In this document: positions 13,256-27,834 of the stretch, piece by piece
Layout of the letters: each line of letters opens with the position of its first letter
Position numbering within the stretch: position 1 is the stretch's first letter
Assembly (NCBI GenBank): GCA_951406725.2
Contig: OX597822.1
Location: forward strand, 83,514,001-83,578,000
Length of the DNA: 64,000 nt
Reading direction: 5' to 3'
Origin: Octopus vulgaris
Lineage: Eukaryota
The notes under the pieces: generated by a model
Seen by the model: only the letters and a program-made list of their open reading frames with translations
What the model was told of the DNA's origin: nothing
The model's database searches: none
Made by a program: the position numbers and the translations under genes

Positions 13256-14209
13256 TTGAGAAAGTATAATACCAGATTGCTGCCAGAGGAAGTCATAGAC
13301 CTTGCATTGATCCTACGATAGTTAACAAATAATTGTCATCGTATTTTAGAACTGACATGCCGTGAGACTGAAGGGAGTGACAATGGCTGTAATGAAAGAT
13401 GCGCTTTTGAGATAACAATTGGCGATTTCCACACATCTTATTGTATGATTTAACAACCACAACCAATCTCTCTCACTATTCAATGTGCTTCGTATGTTTT
13501 TTCTTTTCTTGGCTATCTTTATTAGGATTCTCTCATTTATAGCTAAGTCTGTAAAACCTCGGTCTCAATACACTGCAGTATTCAGTTATCAGGTTTTCTT
13601 ATTATGTTCAGAATGATGTGTATTAGAAACTTATGGAAACATTTACGCCATCTAGGTTTTAATTAAATACCGCCCAATTAAAGTGCACATGGATCTCTAT
13701 TGACCCTCGCACGTGCGCGTGTGCTCGTGCACGTACTTCGGTTTACGAGCGTGAGTATTTATTCTATGGGAAATTTACGATTGGAAACCTATATTGCAAT
13801 TCCCAACGAAAAAAAAACAACAACAACAAAAGGCTGAATAAAAGTAATCACACAGTAATATGAGAAGAGATGGAATGATAAGATAAAAAAGCCAAAAAAG
13901 CAAAACAAAAAGGAAAAAAGAAAAATCTAGCCGTAACGTATTAATTTGAAGGCGATCACACCTGATATCAGATTTTCTCAAACACACATACACACTTGCA
14001 CGCAAGAACACACACAAATACACAAGGAATCTATATTCACGAACAAATATATGCGTGTGCGTGTGTGTAAGAAATTACAATGAGAAGGGAATATGAAATT
14101 ATGCCTTGAACTTTATTACTTCCCATGCTGTAAGATGCAATGCGCTCATAGTTGAGCGCTTGTGCGTCATCTTATAGCATCATTGGTCCTTCAAAAATAA
14201 GATTCAATA

Positions 14210-14485
14210 GATAGATAAATATGTATGTATGAATGTATATATGTATGTATGAATGTATGTATGTATGTATGAATGTATGTATGTATGAATACATGTATGT
14301 ATGCATGCATGTATGTATGTATGTATGTATGAATGTATGTATGTATGTATGAATGTATGTATGTATGAATGTATGTATGTATGTATGTATGAATGCATGT
14401 ATGTATGCATGCATGTATGTATGTATGTATGTACGTATGTATGTATGTATGTATGTATGTATGTATGTATGTATGCATGTATGTG
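14210..14485. repeat. (ATGT)n tetranucleotide array with GAAT/GCAT variants
   Basis: direct reading; a similar array lies at 51929-52268. Confidence 0.95.
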
Positions 14486-14769
14486 TAGATAAAGCACAAA
14501 TTTATTCCAGCTTACTACACGTGTTTCCGATAAGCTTAGATAATAATAATTCGCTAACGCAATAACCATAACCGCATTTATTAATGGATTGAATAAAGTA
14601 GTTAATGGACTCGCTCTCCTTGTCTCCTTCGGCCCTAAACCACATTGGGTGCAAGCAAGGATGGCTGACCTATGTAGTAGGTCACTTTTTTAAAGCATTA
14701 CTTTGATCGCTATTGTTCAGCTGGAGAGATGGGGTCCATATTATAATAAGCATAACAACTCTTCTTCTC

Positions 14770-15226
14770 AGCGTTTTGGTAGGGTCATTACGCCAGTGAT
14801 CGCACATGCACAGGTTCAATTCCACTTATTGTTAGTCAGCTGATTAAATATCCAAGCGACTAACCAATGGATCCTTTCTTTAATGTGTTGGTTAAACAAT
14901 CAATCGTTTTTTTTTTGTTAGTCAAAATCTTTTCATCGTTTTCTTTTCAATAAGTTGCCCTCTCTCTTCAAAGTTTGATCTGAGTCTGTCCGAGAATTAG
15001 TTTTAGGGCTTTGCGTCTGTGTGTTGTATGTGTGTAGATGCGTATGACATACTCAGGGGTAGACCTTGATGAGAGGGAAAGAAAGAAGTAGACAATCGAT
15101 TGATTGTTTAAACTGAACATTAAACAAACGATTAGTTGGTTGGATATTTAACCAATTGACTAATAATAAAGCAGTGATATTGAAACAGAGCGTGTGTTAT
15201 TATTAATAATGACGCCCCCAAAACAC
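14770..15226. mobile_element. Old MITE-like element with ~140-bp imperfect inverted arms
   Basis: ttattgttagtcagctgattaaatatccaagcgactaa vs ttagttggttggatatttaaccaattgactaataataa; taaacaatcaatcg vs cgattgattgttta; ends gttttggtagggtcatta / taatgacgcccccaaaac. Confidence 0.7.
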
Positions 15227-15877
15227 AACATGACTTGTTTCAACATATGAATTCACATCAAGCATCTTGCAAACCAAGTACAAAAGCAAAAAATGATTTT
15301 CTTGTGAAACCAAGACATGCTTGGAATTCGATATCTTACTATTTAGTTGAGAGTTGTGGCAAAATAAATGATCGACACACAGGAATTACTACTAATTATT
15401 GGATTATCAGAGGGAAGAAGGGTATTATTTAGGTCCCATTAATAACACCTAACTTTAGCAAATAGAAAGGAGGCTGGACTATGCCTAGCAGAGGGCACAA
15501 TATATTGTTATTCGTAAGGAAGACACTCTGCTTCAAATTACTTGTTAAAATAAGCTTAAAATGATTTCAGAATAAATACATTATAGTAACTGAAGGATAA
15601 TCACATTATAGCATTTAAAATGATGCGTGGAATAATTAAAACAATACAAAATGGTTAAGAGAAAGTTAAATGAAAGTTAAAAAGACATTTTGTTTTTTAA
15701 ATAGATTATAAAACAGAGATCAAAGTGTCTGCTAGGTATCACAGGTTATTCAATTACACTAGGCACACTAAAACACCGGAAGAAGAAAGGGTAGATGAAA
15801 GTCATGTTATCAAGTTATGTCTAATCTATTTGCAATGGAAGGATTTAAATCTTATTAAACATATGAACAAATACAGG

Positions 15878-16310
15878 ACAGATATTTAATAATCTGCAAA
15901 TGGGAAATTCTGGGACGGCTAGTACCTGATTTTGGCATCGAGTGGTATAGAAATGTCCGAAATGGACGCCATTGCATTGTACCAAATGTACCGTTCAGCT
16001 CATCTCCAGTCAGGACCAGGTACTCCTTAGGATTCAAAGCTTAACAAATCTTCAAAGGCCTGCCAAAAATTTAAGAAACCCACACAGCGTGCTCGTATAT
16101 ATCTCCAAAAGGGAAATGGTCATTCTCTTATCCACGATACCGCCACGAGGCACAGATGAGAGCAGCAGTGTCAAACTCCCTCATACACGCAAAAGAGCAA
16201 ACAACCAAGGGGAAAAAAAACACGTGGTGCGGTGATACAACATCCCACCACCGCGGGGAAATCAGCCAAACAAGAATGATGTACAAAAGTACAAAATGGC
16301 TGGAATTAAT
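15878..16310 (+). mobile_element. CR1/L2-group LINE 3' fragment (decayed ORF2 C-terminus)
   Basis: RYLIICKWEILGRLVPDFGIEWYRNVRNGRHCIVP...RTRYSLGFKA*QIFKGLPK/NLRNPHSV...SNSLIH; resembles the post-RT region of CR1-group LINEs, with stops and frameshifts. Confidence 0.65.
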
Positions 16311-16631
16311 AAAAGAATAACTTAATAAAATGTGTATTTCTTAACATTTCTTTGTTTTTCTCCATTCAATAAATGAGATTTTGTGGGTTTTTTTCTCATA
16401 TTCTATAACACCAACCAATCTACATTTTCAAACTGGACTGCTAACAGGTGTGCTAATGTAGGCAGTAAGTGGATTTCTAAATCAGTCACAGGTCAAGTTG
16501 CATTGCCAGGTTCGTTTTTATTCACGTCTTCAAAGGGAGCTTACAAAGTATTCACGCGAATCTTTAATTCTTTTTCACTTTACACACACTCACACACACA
16601 CGCATGCACACGCACACACGCACACAAACAT

Positions 16632-17642
16632 AGGTTGTATGAGGGATGAAGAGAATAGCCTGGCTTGGTATGTCAAGGGGAGTAAAGAAGAAATGATTGA
16701 AGCAGTGAAAATGCAGGAAACCTTAAAAATCAACGAAGCCGTAGATCCAGTACAATTTAAGAAAGACCAGACAGAGCAGATTAAGCAGGTTTGGCAGGAC
16801 AAGAAAATGCACAGTCAGTTCTTGAAGAATAAAGATGAGATTGATTTAAATAGAATCTGAAAATGGCCGTAGAAAAGAGACTTAAAAAGGCCCACTGAAG
16901 CATTAGTGTGCAGCTCTCAAGAACAAGCTCTCAGAACAAACTTCTCCAAAAGCATTGACTTGCCACAGTGTAGGATGTACTCTGAGAAGGGAGGAAGTAT
17001 AAGCCATATTGTTAGAGAGTGTTGTAAGATCACGCAACGTGAGTATAAAAGGAGACACGACAATGTGGCCAGATATGTTCACTGGCTGTTGTGTGGTAAA
17101 GCAAACCTCGAGAGAGAGCCGAACAATGGTATGAACACAAGCCAGAGGGAGTAATGGAAAACGAACATTACAAAATACTCTGGGATTTTAACCTGCAGTG
17201 CAACCAAGTCATAGAGGCGAGACGATCAGATATCGTGCTCATGCATAAAGATGAAAAAGAATTACAGATAATAGATGTTGCAATACCAGGTAATTCAAGG
17301 GTGAAATGTAAGGAAACAGAAAAGATTGAGAAACACCAGCCATTGCGAACGAGATAGGAAAGTTATGGGGCATGTGGAAAGTAATCGTGATACCGGTGGT
17401 AACTGGAGCATTGGGAGCAGTTTCCACAGGCTTTGAAAAGCATATTAAGAATATTGGAGCTGCTACCAGGCTCGAGGTGATCCAGAAGACAGCGTTGTTG
17501 GTTGCAGCACGCATTCTAAGAAGAGTATTGTCCTTTGGGTTACAGGAGAAGCACTACTTGAAACCTTTGGTGATTTGTTATTGCCTGCTTTCAAGTAAAG
17601 AATAACCGGTAATTAAGAACTATCTGAGAGTCTTTCACAGTA

Positions 17643-17686
<44 letters not shown>
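16632..17686 (+). mobile_element. R4/Dong-type non-LTR retrotransposon 3' fragment (CCHC knuckle + restriction-like endonuclease) with (TAA)n tail
   Basis: QEQALRTN..CRM..SHIVREC..YKRRHDNVARYVHW, KILWDF..IEARRSDIV..IIDVAIP..EKIEK, VIPVVTGALG..IQKTALL..RILRRVL; frameshifts; (taa)n 17641-17686. Confidence 0.92.
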
Positions 17687-17687
<1 letters not shown>

Positions 17688-17845
17688 GGTACATTGATGT
17701 AAATGGTAGCACACTCATGGCGAAAACACAGATGTGTAAGTTCGGGTTCTACGCATACCGAAAACCCACTTTTTCCGTCAAGGGCTTATATGCTCCAATA
17801 TTAAACTATTTTCAAAAGCATCACAGAAAACACGCATAATAGCTT

Positions 17846-17909
<64 letters not shown>

Positions 17910-18298
17910 GTGTGTACGCGTATGTTTTAGATCTGTGCGTGTGTTCTATACTCATTGGAAACAAATGAGGCCTTCGAGACTGATGAACAAAACAATTGTG
18001 CATGCATAGCACAATTGAATAATTAAGAGTTTAAAATATAAATGAAGGCATCAATGATCGAAACAAAAAGAACAAATATCAAAAAAATTTGAAACGGAAA
18101 GTAAAAGCGTGAGAGAAAAATTAAGCAAGAAGCAACGTATTTATTTATATAAATGACAATGTTCTTGCTTCGTGTTGTCCCACGGGGATCATGTCACACA
18201 TAACTATTATGTCTGTCATGACACACATCCCGATGAGTTCAATGAGAACATATCAACATATGTCTGAGTATGTGTGTATAGATGAGCATATGTATATA

Positions 18299-18391
<93 letters not shown>

Positions 18392-18400
18392 AAATTTATA

Positions 18401-18457
<57 letters not shown>

Positions 18458-18936
18458 TATGCATGTGCACATATGTAAGATCATATAAATTTGTTTATAT
18501 AAATGTGTAGTATATATCTATTTATATAAAGCATGACATTCATTCTTTTATATATATATATATCTTAGAAATATTAAATTTCTAAATGTCTCAAAGAGAC
18601 ATGAGCGGTGGTGGAGTGATAGAGTGGTTGTATACTATCAATATAACGTGACCAGTGAATAGATTTCACTGTAAAGATATATATTTGTGAAGGCTAGACA
18701 GGCACCTCAGTCAGCAGATCTCACTATCCTGGGCTGATGACGGGTTAACGACTATATATATATATATATATATATATTATAAATAGATGAGTGTATTTTT
18801 ACCTTGTTAACAATTAACACGGAAAAATAAATAAATAGTTACCAGGGCAGCAAAAATCTCACAAGTAAAGGTGTTGTAACTCCTTTTTTATAAAGGTAGA
18901 AACTTCGTGTTTACGTTGAATATTTTGAATTTATTC

Positions 18937-19036
<100 letters not shown>

Positions 19037-19209
19037 TGTGAGTGTTAGAGGTTGTGAAACCAACCAACTAAGGGATAGTGCCTATCCAATATACTGCTGA
19101 TAGTGTACCCAATTATTCATACCCAAGTGCTGGTTGTTGCGTGGTAATCTCGCAACTGAGTGTCATATATGGGCGAGGGTAAAAAGTGGTTTACTCTTAA
19201 TTCATACGG

Positions 19210-19546
19210 ACGGCAAATAAGAAAATAGAGAAGATACAAAACGACAAACATCACCCGGAAGATATTTCAGTGTGTCTATTTATTCCAAAGCATTAGAAAG
19301 TATTAGAAGAAAACATACACATGTTGTAACTATGTGTTACGCCCACATGTATTTATATTACAGACAAGAGCAAAAGGTCACAAGATCAGTTCGGTTGCTC
19401 TTCTCTGTAATATTAATACATGTGTGTGTAACACATAGTTACTACATGTGTATGATTTCTTCTAATACTTTGGAAAAAATGGACACACTGGAATGTCTAC
19501 CGGATGATGTCTTCATTTTGTATCCTCCCCATTTTCTATTCGCCGT
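19210..19546. repeat. Imperfect ~340-bp palindrome (fold-back) abutting (TA)n
   Basis: aaagtattagaagaaaacatacacatgttgtaactatgtgttac vs gtaacacatagttactacatgtgtatgatttcttctaatacttt; cagtgtgtc / gacacactg; ends acggc / gccgt. Confidence 0.9.
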
Positions 19547-19559
19547 ATATATATATAAG

Positions 19560-19615
<56 letters not shown>

Positions 19616-19739
19616 AGTATATATATGTGAGCAGAGCAAGCCTAAAGGACTGCTCTGCGGGGGACAGCTAGGATTATAAGATTGGTATTTGGGTGTTGAA
19701 TGTTTTCCAAGAGAATTAACAGCCAATTATCAAAACTCA

Positions 19740-20078
19740 TAAGGTACAGAAAGAGTCCCCGTGAGACCTCTGACTCAATAATAATGATAATAATAAAAGA
19801 ATGCTTCATTATAGATGTAACTGTATCTGCGAACAAGAATATAGACGTCAAAGGAACGGTAAATATAAGAAAACATCAGGATGTGGGCAGAGAAAAGCGA
19901 ATACAGTAACGGGTTTCTATAAATGTAATCCCAATTTTTATAGGTTCCTTAGTGAATAACACAAATAGACATCACGGTTTTCGTATTGAGATTGGTGTAA
20001 GTGCGAGAGTTGCATTAATTCATAAATATCTTGCATTGGGCAGAGAAGGATTGTAAAAAAAGGTCTTCAATATCTAAG
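19740..20078 (+). mobile_element. Highly decayed R4/Dong-type endonuclease C-terminus
   Basis: KECFIIDVTVSANKNIDVK..RKHQDV..NVIPIFIGSL...RIVKKVFNI*, colinear with 17154-17530. Confidence 0.65.
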
Positions 20079-20087
20079 GATACTTGT

Positions 20088-20580
20088 TGGCAATCGGGCA
20101 AGTCCGGCTGACGATACTTCCACGCCTTTAGAATTTATCTCGAATCGGTAATGTTACTTAGTAGCACTGCCAGGCGAAAGATTTCTGGAAAATATCCATA
20201 AGCCCCGGTCAGAAAGTCCTCCAGAATAGTCCAGCCAATTGATTCTCGTCGAGGTTCAGGGTCTCCCTGAGAACGTCGTCGCACTTGTCCGACACTAAAT
20301 ATCTATTCAACACCACAGCGGAATTTCCACTGAACGCATTGCCCGACTGACAGAGGGCTGCGAGTACCTGGCAACACTTTAGGTCCCAGGCGCACTACCT
20401 CGCTTTACGCTTGTTCCAGGCCTGCAGCTCAGTCAAAGAGACAAGTTATAGAAGAGCGAGTGTGACAGACGGCAACCAACACATGCTCACCGTCGAGGAA
20501 GCGCTGGAGATGTCCCAGCCTCAGCGCATGTCTGCGCTTCAGTTGCCGCAGAATGCTCAATCTTCCATTCAACGAGTATT
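20088..20580 (-). mobile_element. L1/Tx1-like LINE ORF2 C-terminal fragment
   Basis: minus: LNGRLSILRQLKRRHALRLGHLQRFLDGEHV ... DIFQKSFAWQCY*VTLPIRDKF*RRGSIVSRTCP (zf-RVT-like W....LP.R..L...G.....CP). Confidence 0.7.
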
Positions 20581-21511
20581 GAAAGCAACTGTAACAAGTC
20601 CTCAGGTGCATTACATGATGTCAGAAAAGGGTAAGATATGGAAAAGAAACGACAAATAAGCTATGTAATGAGAAAGCAACGAAAACCAAAAAATATATGT
20701 TCAGTACACAGGCGAATTTCGAGAAGCATGGAATCGTTGAAGGATTTTTATATCCTGACAGCTGGAAACAGCCACGGGTACTCTGTTCCTTGCTTCAACA
20801 ATTCGGAAATAGCATTTTCAGAAGTTATGCATGATGCGCTCTTTGTTTTAAAACAGTTTATAAGTACATCCTAGTTGGAAGAGTTACCGAATTCAAAAAT
20901 AAATCAATAAAAGAAAGCGGTCAAAATTTTCCTTTGAAAGATGGTAGGTAATAATTGTGGACCTCAACCATTTAATCATTCAGCTGCTAAACGTTAGTGT
21001 TTCAATACCTGCGTTCAAGATGGGGTGACTAGTAGTTTGGTGAGTTGAAAATAAACTAGAATCTATTTAAAACAGTTAAATACAATTTTCGCCATATGCA
21101 TCAAATTATATATAAACATGTATCTTCGGCAAATGATGTGTGTGACCCATGTTAGCTTCATCAGGCATATATCTAACCAGAAATAAGCTTTAATAACCTC
21201 CTATAATGAAGGAATAGAGAGAAGAGGCCGAATGCTTGTTTTAGTTATAATCAGATAAGAGAAGCTATGTATATCTATATTTACATCCGTGTCTCCCTTG
21301 CTCTGCCTGTGCGTTTGCATTAACGTTTGTCTTTATGTGAAGTTTTATATAAAAACAATTTAATATTAAAATGGATGATTACTCAATCTCTTTTGGTTGA
21401 GTATCTATTTATTCAACCAAACAATTCTTCGAAATCACGGCCAAGTTTTTACTTGTAAAAATAAAAACTTATAAAGTGAGAACACAAATATATATATCTA
21501 TATATATATAC

Positions 21512-21588
<77 letters not shown>

Positions 21589-22497
21589 GTGTGTGTGTGT
21601 ATGTATGTATGTATACATGTATAGAGACATGCATATATGTTTGTGTACATATGAATACGTAACCACTATATACAAGTATTTATGTCTAATATATGTAGAT
21701 GTTAAAAATTCTGTATATATATAAAATTCTGTATATATATATACATATATATGTGTGTTTTTGTGAGTGTGTGAGAGAGAGAGAGAGAGGGAGGGAGGTC
21801 GAGGGGGAGAGAGCGAGATAGAGGTAGAGAGAGTGTGTGTGTGCTTGTGGTTACTTACGTGCATCTTGTAGTCCGTAGGACAAAGACAGTGAAACGCAAT
21901 TACAAATTATACGACGTATTAGCATATCTTAATAGTTATGCAGACTTGTGAACTTCACATATGCTACACCAACAGATACCTCATATATAAACCCTGTTGG
22001 AGATCAGACACACATCATAATCCTTTAAGGAAATAATTAGAATCTCAAATACTCCTATCGCATATTATATCCGATGCGTATATATATATATATATGGATG
22101 TTCTTCATTGAAATTTTTCTTTCAGAATTCCTCCTACTGGCAGGAAGACAATTGTCTTTTATTCGAATTTATACAGCAGCGCTTTCGTTTTCGCATATGC
22201 ACATATTCAATACCGTCATGCATTCTTGCATCTATGGATATGCATTTAAATAGTATATATTATGCACACATTTACGTTTATTTATTAGTGTCCATGTTCG
22301 CGATGATTAATATATGTATGCTTTCCCGAAAGATTTTCATCCAGTGGATTTCTCTAATTTAGAAGCAGAATAAAGCTAATTCATTGGAATATAGACCACG
22401 TCGTTATTTACATATAAATGAATTCATGAATACATCATCGATGTATGCAACCATATGCATGTACAGATGTGAGAAGAAATATACACCTTTCTGCCCA

Positions 22498-22619
<122 letters not shown>

Positions 22620-23898
22620 CCATCCATCCAACCATCCAATCATCCATCCATCCATCCATCCATGTATCTATCTATTTACCTCTCTCTTATCTATCTTTCA
22701 TTCTTTATGTCTCTCTCTCTCTTTCTCTCGCTCTATCCATTGATCTGTATAATATCCATAGAGATATAAATGATTAAACATAGTTTTACATACGTATACA
22801 CTCAAATGTTCCCGCATTCATTATATGCATGCTCGTATGTGTCTATGTACGGACAGATTCACGCATGAGTGTAAGCGTTTATGCATCTATGCATTTAAAT
22901 GCAAAGGTTTATAAATGTTCCCATACATGAGTGTCTGTAAATATGTGTATATGTGTGCTTGTGTGTGCGTGTGTGTTTATGTGTGCGTGTGTGTTCGTGC
23001 TTGCGTGTGTGTGCGTGTGTGTGTGTGTTTGTGTGTGTGTGTATACATGTTTGCAGTTATGGCATTGCATATGGCTGTCAGTTTGTGCTTCTCTGCTTCG
23101 CTATATATAGATATGGCGTCTTGGTATACATATGTTAGTGAATGCAAAACAAACACGCACATACACACACACACACTTACACACACGCATTCTCAAACAC
23201 TTCCACACTCCCACACATTCACATTCATTCGCACTCACCCATTTACACATACTCGCACACTCCCAAGCATACACTCGTACACCTCTACTTATAAATTCAT
23301 TCCATCGCCCGCATCTATTTCCATGTTAGTCATGTTCGCGATGTATAAAGCCACACAGCAATCCTACTGTTTCCATACTGCACAGACAGAGCCCTACATG
23401 GACTTTTAGACTAAAATAAAGTTCGCTGATAAAGTTTAGTAACATAAATAAATCGTTTATTTCCATTCATTGTCTCCAGATACAAGATCAATTGCCATCT
23501 GTATCATTTTTTTTTTTACTAACATTTCATTTAGCTGATGTTTATAATTTTCTCCAGATTCTTATTTTCTTACAGACTTCCAGGACGATTTATTATCAAT
23601 ATTCTCAGTTCATTAAGATAGTTTGCTGCAAGGTTTGTTTGCCAAATTGCCGCCGAAACTTAGGCTTCTGTAAGAGCTCCCAAAGTTTTCCGCGAGTAAT
23701 ATTCAGAAAAATACTAATTATAGGAAAAACGCATTTTTTAATGTAATTTTTCTGTTTCTTTCTATAATCGTATTTTTTTTAAATACACACAGCTATTTCC
23801 CTAAAACGCGGATATTTTGGCATGTGAAAGGAGTAAGATGACTCTACAGGAAAGAACAATTTCTTCCCAGGGGTAAGTTTTTCTAAATAAAGTAATTG

Positions 23899-24128
23899 TA
23901 CGTCATGTCGAGGTTTACCTATCGCGTTTCACCAATTGCGGTTCACCTATCGCGGTTTATTTTTTAAGCTTACGTCGCTTCCTCCGTGGTGTTGTATTGC
24001 ATTTATAATAAAATAAATATATACAAGTTATAAAAATAATTCTAAAAAATATACAGTACAGTACTGTTTCTACTTCGCGGATTTTCACCTATCGCAGGAG
24101 TTTTGGAACGATAGTCGAGATTGCTGTA
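23899..24128 (+). mobile_element. pogo/Tigger-like MITE relic
   Basis: repeated ttcacctatcgcg motif and end cgagattgctg-TA; related to 40345-40575. Confidence 0.6.
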
Positions 24129-24492
24129 ATGTCTTATTTAAGACGAAATTTCTTAAACTTTCGTGGTATCAAATGAATTCAATACGGCCAGGCTTCTCAG
24201 CGATAAATTTATTTAATCTCTAATGAAATCAAATATCATGAAAGAATGTAAACAAAATATAGTAGATTAATAAAGAAATAACAGTGTTTTTTATGGAGTT
24301 TCGTGAGATGGGTAATGTATTTCAAAGGTTGTTCAAGTATAAAGTGATTGAGGTACGCTCTTCGGAGGTACGTTTTATTAGACATATGGCTGACTCACAT
24401 ATATTATCTTGTATCTGTATGCATAGTTTCATATGACACATTAATGATTAGCGCGCACACACACACAAACACACACATACAAACATACATAC

Positions 24493-24540
<48 letters not shown>

Positions 24541-24545
<5 letters not shown>

Positions 24546-24900
24546 AATAATAAAGGGTAAAATTAATTAATTAATTAATAATTAATAATTTTAATAGTTC
24601 GGTATGTTAAAATAACCTTTATCGGTAACCTTATACAACAATTCTATAATTATAAGCATAATTATAATTAGATTTCAGCAAGTTGCTTCACCACATACCG
24701 AAATTTAGAAATAGCAGTTAAATAATATTACTCTACCATATGATATCTCCCACACAGCAATGCTCTTAATTTACGTAGGTAAAGAGAAAAAATAACGAAT
24801 CCACCCGGCTTTGATCAACCACATACGCGTTTCTGGATTAAAGAGATGTTAAATTTTAATTTTTACTCACTTATTTCCTTCTTCAGTGTAGCATTTCAAT
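24541..24900 (-). mobile_element. Penelope-LTR/retrozyme-like unit ending at (TA)n (5' boundary uncertain)
   Basis: minus 3' end ...TTTTACCCTTTATTATT; shares ccacata.(t/c)gaa...tagaaatag.ag.taaa with 2736-2810; hammerhead at 24819-24891. Confidence 0.6.
24819..24891 (-). ncRNA. Minimal type-I hammerhead motif
   Basis: minus: CUACA CUGAAGA A GGA...UCC A GAAA CGCG UA/ UGUGG; stem I CUACA:UGUGG, palindromic ACGCGU. Confidence 0.75.
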
Positions 24901-25764
24901 TGTAAATTTGAGAGTACTAATAATTGAATACGTATTTGTATACATATGTATACATTTGCTTTTATTTTTCTCTAATGTGAATATATTATTCTGTAAGGTA
25001 AGGATTTGGCTTCTGTATAATTAAGTATTTACGATGGGCCCATTGGCATACATCAAATTATATAACGCAATAATCTATTGGGAAATCCATAATATACATA
25101 CATGTTATACTTTAGGATGCAGACAGCACTTCGTCTAGATTCTGTCTCTTTTCGTTAGTTGAAAAAAAACCAGGCGTTTATTTTTATGTATTTTACATTA
25201 AATGTTGATATATATTCGCAGAAGAGCATAAGTCGAAAACATACTTTCCGGATAATCTGTCAAATTGTCTGCCATAATCCACAACAAACTCATTCTCAGT
25301 AAATTAATCCATGATCTAAATAATCAAGATGATACTGATAGCGATGATAACAGAAAAATGAGTTGTTTTTTTTTTTGTTTTTTCTCGCTGCCATGACACT
25401 CTCAAACTCTCAACACTTTACGCCTATAAGCGAATCATTGCTGCGCATATGCTTCACCCATGATTATCATCCCATGAAGGAAATTAAACTACTGAACCTC
25501 TAGCATTAGCATTTTACATTCTCTCTTGCCGGGCCAACTAACCAGTTTCCTATTTGACCGCTGCTGTTATTTTACCTTCGTATTCTAAATCACTGTTACC
25601 TGATTTTCCTCACGATTTCTTCTAAATTCTCCAATTACTTGTTCCAATCTGCTTGAATAATATCCAACACCTCCATTTTTTGGCAGTTTTCCAAATGCAT
25701 ATCATAAATTGTTTACCTTGATTATCTGTTTCTTTAGCAAGTTTTCCGAAAATGTGACAAAGAT

Positions 25765-25878
25765 ATTATTCTCTAATTTTGGCACAATCCCAGCAAGCTC
25801 AAACGAGGGGATATGTCGCTTAAATCGACCCCAGTGCCCGACTGGTACTTATTTTATCGATCCCGAGAGAATGAAAGA
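25765..25878 (-). mobile_element. Diverged family-B SINE 3' half
   Basis: atcgaccccagtgcccgactggtacttattttatcgatcccgagagaatgaaag. Confidence 0.75.
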
Positions 25879-26724
25879 GTAGTTTCCATGCTTCATGATA
25901 ATCTGAAGAATCTTCCGTGGTACGGTTTCTGCATTTTCAAATTCAATAAACAATACAGATGTCATTTAGATTTTACTGTCGTTTGAATTTGATACATATT
26001 GAACCAATAATTATCTCCTAGTTATAAATATTTCTTAATTACCTGCATGCTAGGCTTGCTGCTGCTTGTGTTTTTTCCATTTTGTTAAAATGGTTCCCTG
26101 GTACATCGCGTTGCGTTTCCATGGTTGACCTGAGAGGAAACACATCTTCCATCTTTCACTAATTTTACCTGTTCAATATGTCACCTTGTTAATAACAATC
26201 AAGTCATCTTAACAGAACTGCTTGTTTTCTCCAAATATTTCACAATGGCCTAAATCATAAATGTCACTAACCTTTCCTACTCCTGACGTTTGCCAAATTG
26301 CAATCTCTTTAAAAGTCGCTTTTCAGAACTAAAGCTATCGATCTGTACGTAAGATTTGAAATTTCAGAGAGAGAGAGAGAAAGAGAAGGAAATATAAAGA
26401 TATAGGGGAATGTATATCGGTGATGGAGAGAAAGAGCATGGTCTTTTCTAATAAATCTGCATCAAAGTTACAGGTACAGGATGTATTATTGGCATCCTTG
26501 TCTTATGTCTCACATTGATCCATTCCCAGACTCGGTTTTCGTGACGATTAATTCCTAATCCATTTAAACCTGTCTACACATATTACCTTAATGTTGATAA
26601 ATGTTGTTGTTATGGCTTCTCTTTTGCAAGGTGATCGAATATAATCCAATACGGAAGTGTCTTCGTCGATATCGACGGTGAGTATTCAGCCGTTCGAATT
26701 AGATTTTCGAATAGCTAGATTTTA

Positions 26725-26925
26725 GGCTCCAGAACATGCGATTGTGGTTTCGATTCCCACCGGGCGATACATTGTGTTCTTGAGCAAAGCACTTCATTTC
26801 ACGTTGTTCCAGTCCACACAGCAAACAGAAGTACATAATTCTAGGACAGATGCAGAGCGATGACCCATTCAAGGGGGAACATATATATATTAGAAAATCT
26901 CTGATTGGGCTCACGAGCCGATGGA
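26725..26925 (+). mobile_element. Old family-C-related SINE
   Basis: B box ggtttcgattccc, then ttgtgttcttgagcaaagcacttcatttcacgttgttccagtccac, cgatgacccattcaaggggg. Confidence 0.65.
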
Positions 26926-26954
26926 ACAAGCAGGACATTTGACACTTTTGATGT

Positions 26955-26990
<36 letters not shown>

Positions 26991-27079
26991 GTGTGTGTAT
27001 AATATATAAATATATGCATATATGCATACATATTGTTATATTATCATATGATCGAATGCCACACATCCATTTCCAAGTA

Positions 27080-27127
<48 letters not shown>

Positions 27128-27230
27128 TCCTCCAAAAGGAAGAAAAATCACAAGAAGTAAAAAACAACAACGCAAGGACGAGGCACACATGCAAAGTATT
27201 AACAGTCACTCAGAGAAGGAAAGAAAGGTA

Positions 27231-27265
27231 GTTTTACCTTTCGAGCAAAGCTCTTCTTCGGAAAC
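27231..27265 (-). ncRNA. Decayed ultra-short hammerhead motif in a (TA)n/(CA)n-flanked unit (27122-27327)
   Basis: minus: GUUU CCGAAGA A GAGC UUU GCUC GAAA GG UA/ AAAC; stems I and II perfect, core U4C change. Confidence 0.55.
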
Positions 27266-27352
27266 AGGAGACAGAGGAAAGTTCAAGAAAAAAGGAAGAC
27301 GGAAGAAAAAAAAATCGCTAACGATCCACACACACACACACACACACACACA

Positions 27353-27443
<91 letters not shown>

Positions 27444-27621
27444 TTACAGGGATGGTCATATTCAGCGAGATTGAAAGTCACCGAAGAGGTCACAAGCTAT
27501 GTGACAAAAGTTTTAGGAAAAAGGACACTAAAATATAAATAAATATAAAGTTGAAGACCAAGTTTATAGCGCGTGTGGTTAATTGACGAAAATGGGACCA
27601 TCCCCAAATATAGCAATATAT

Positions 27622-27676
<55 letters not shown>

Positions 27677-27680
<4 letters not shown>

Positions 27681-27834
27681 ACGCTGTTTTCAGTTTTCGC
27701 CTTCCCAACGCACTTCCATGCCTTTGGTCGAGCCTGGGATATGGTATTAAACACTTGTCCAAGTTATCATGGACAGAGACTAAACCCGAAACCAAGTGGT
27801 TGGGATGCAAATTTCTAATCACACAGCCACGCCT
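27677..27834 (-). mobile_element. Family-A SINE 5' half, diverged
   Basis: gactaaacccgaaaccaagtggttggg...cacacagccacgcct, broken at the internal (TA)n. Confidence 0.75.

Noticed and set aside
21108-21172. Minus-strand CUGAUGAAG...CGAAG hammerhead-like relic
   Set aside because: GAAA altered and stems I/II mismatched; too decayed to call
25400-26330. Purine-skewed minus-strand stretch that might be an old LINE or LTR ORF
   Set aside because: No recognisable motif in any frame
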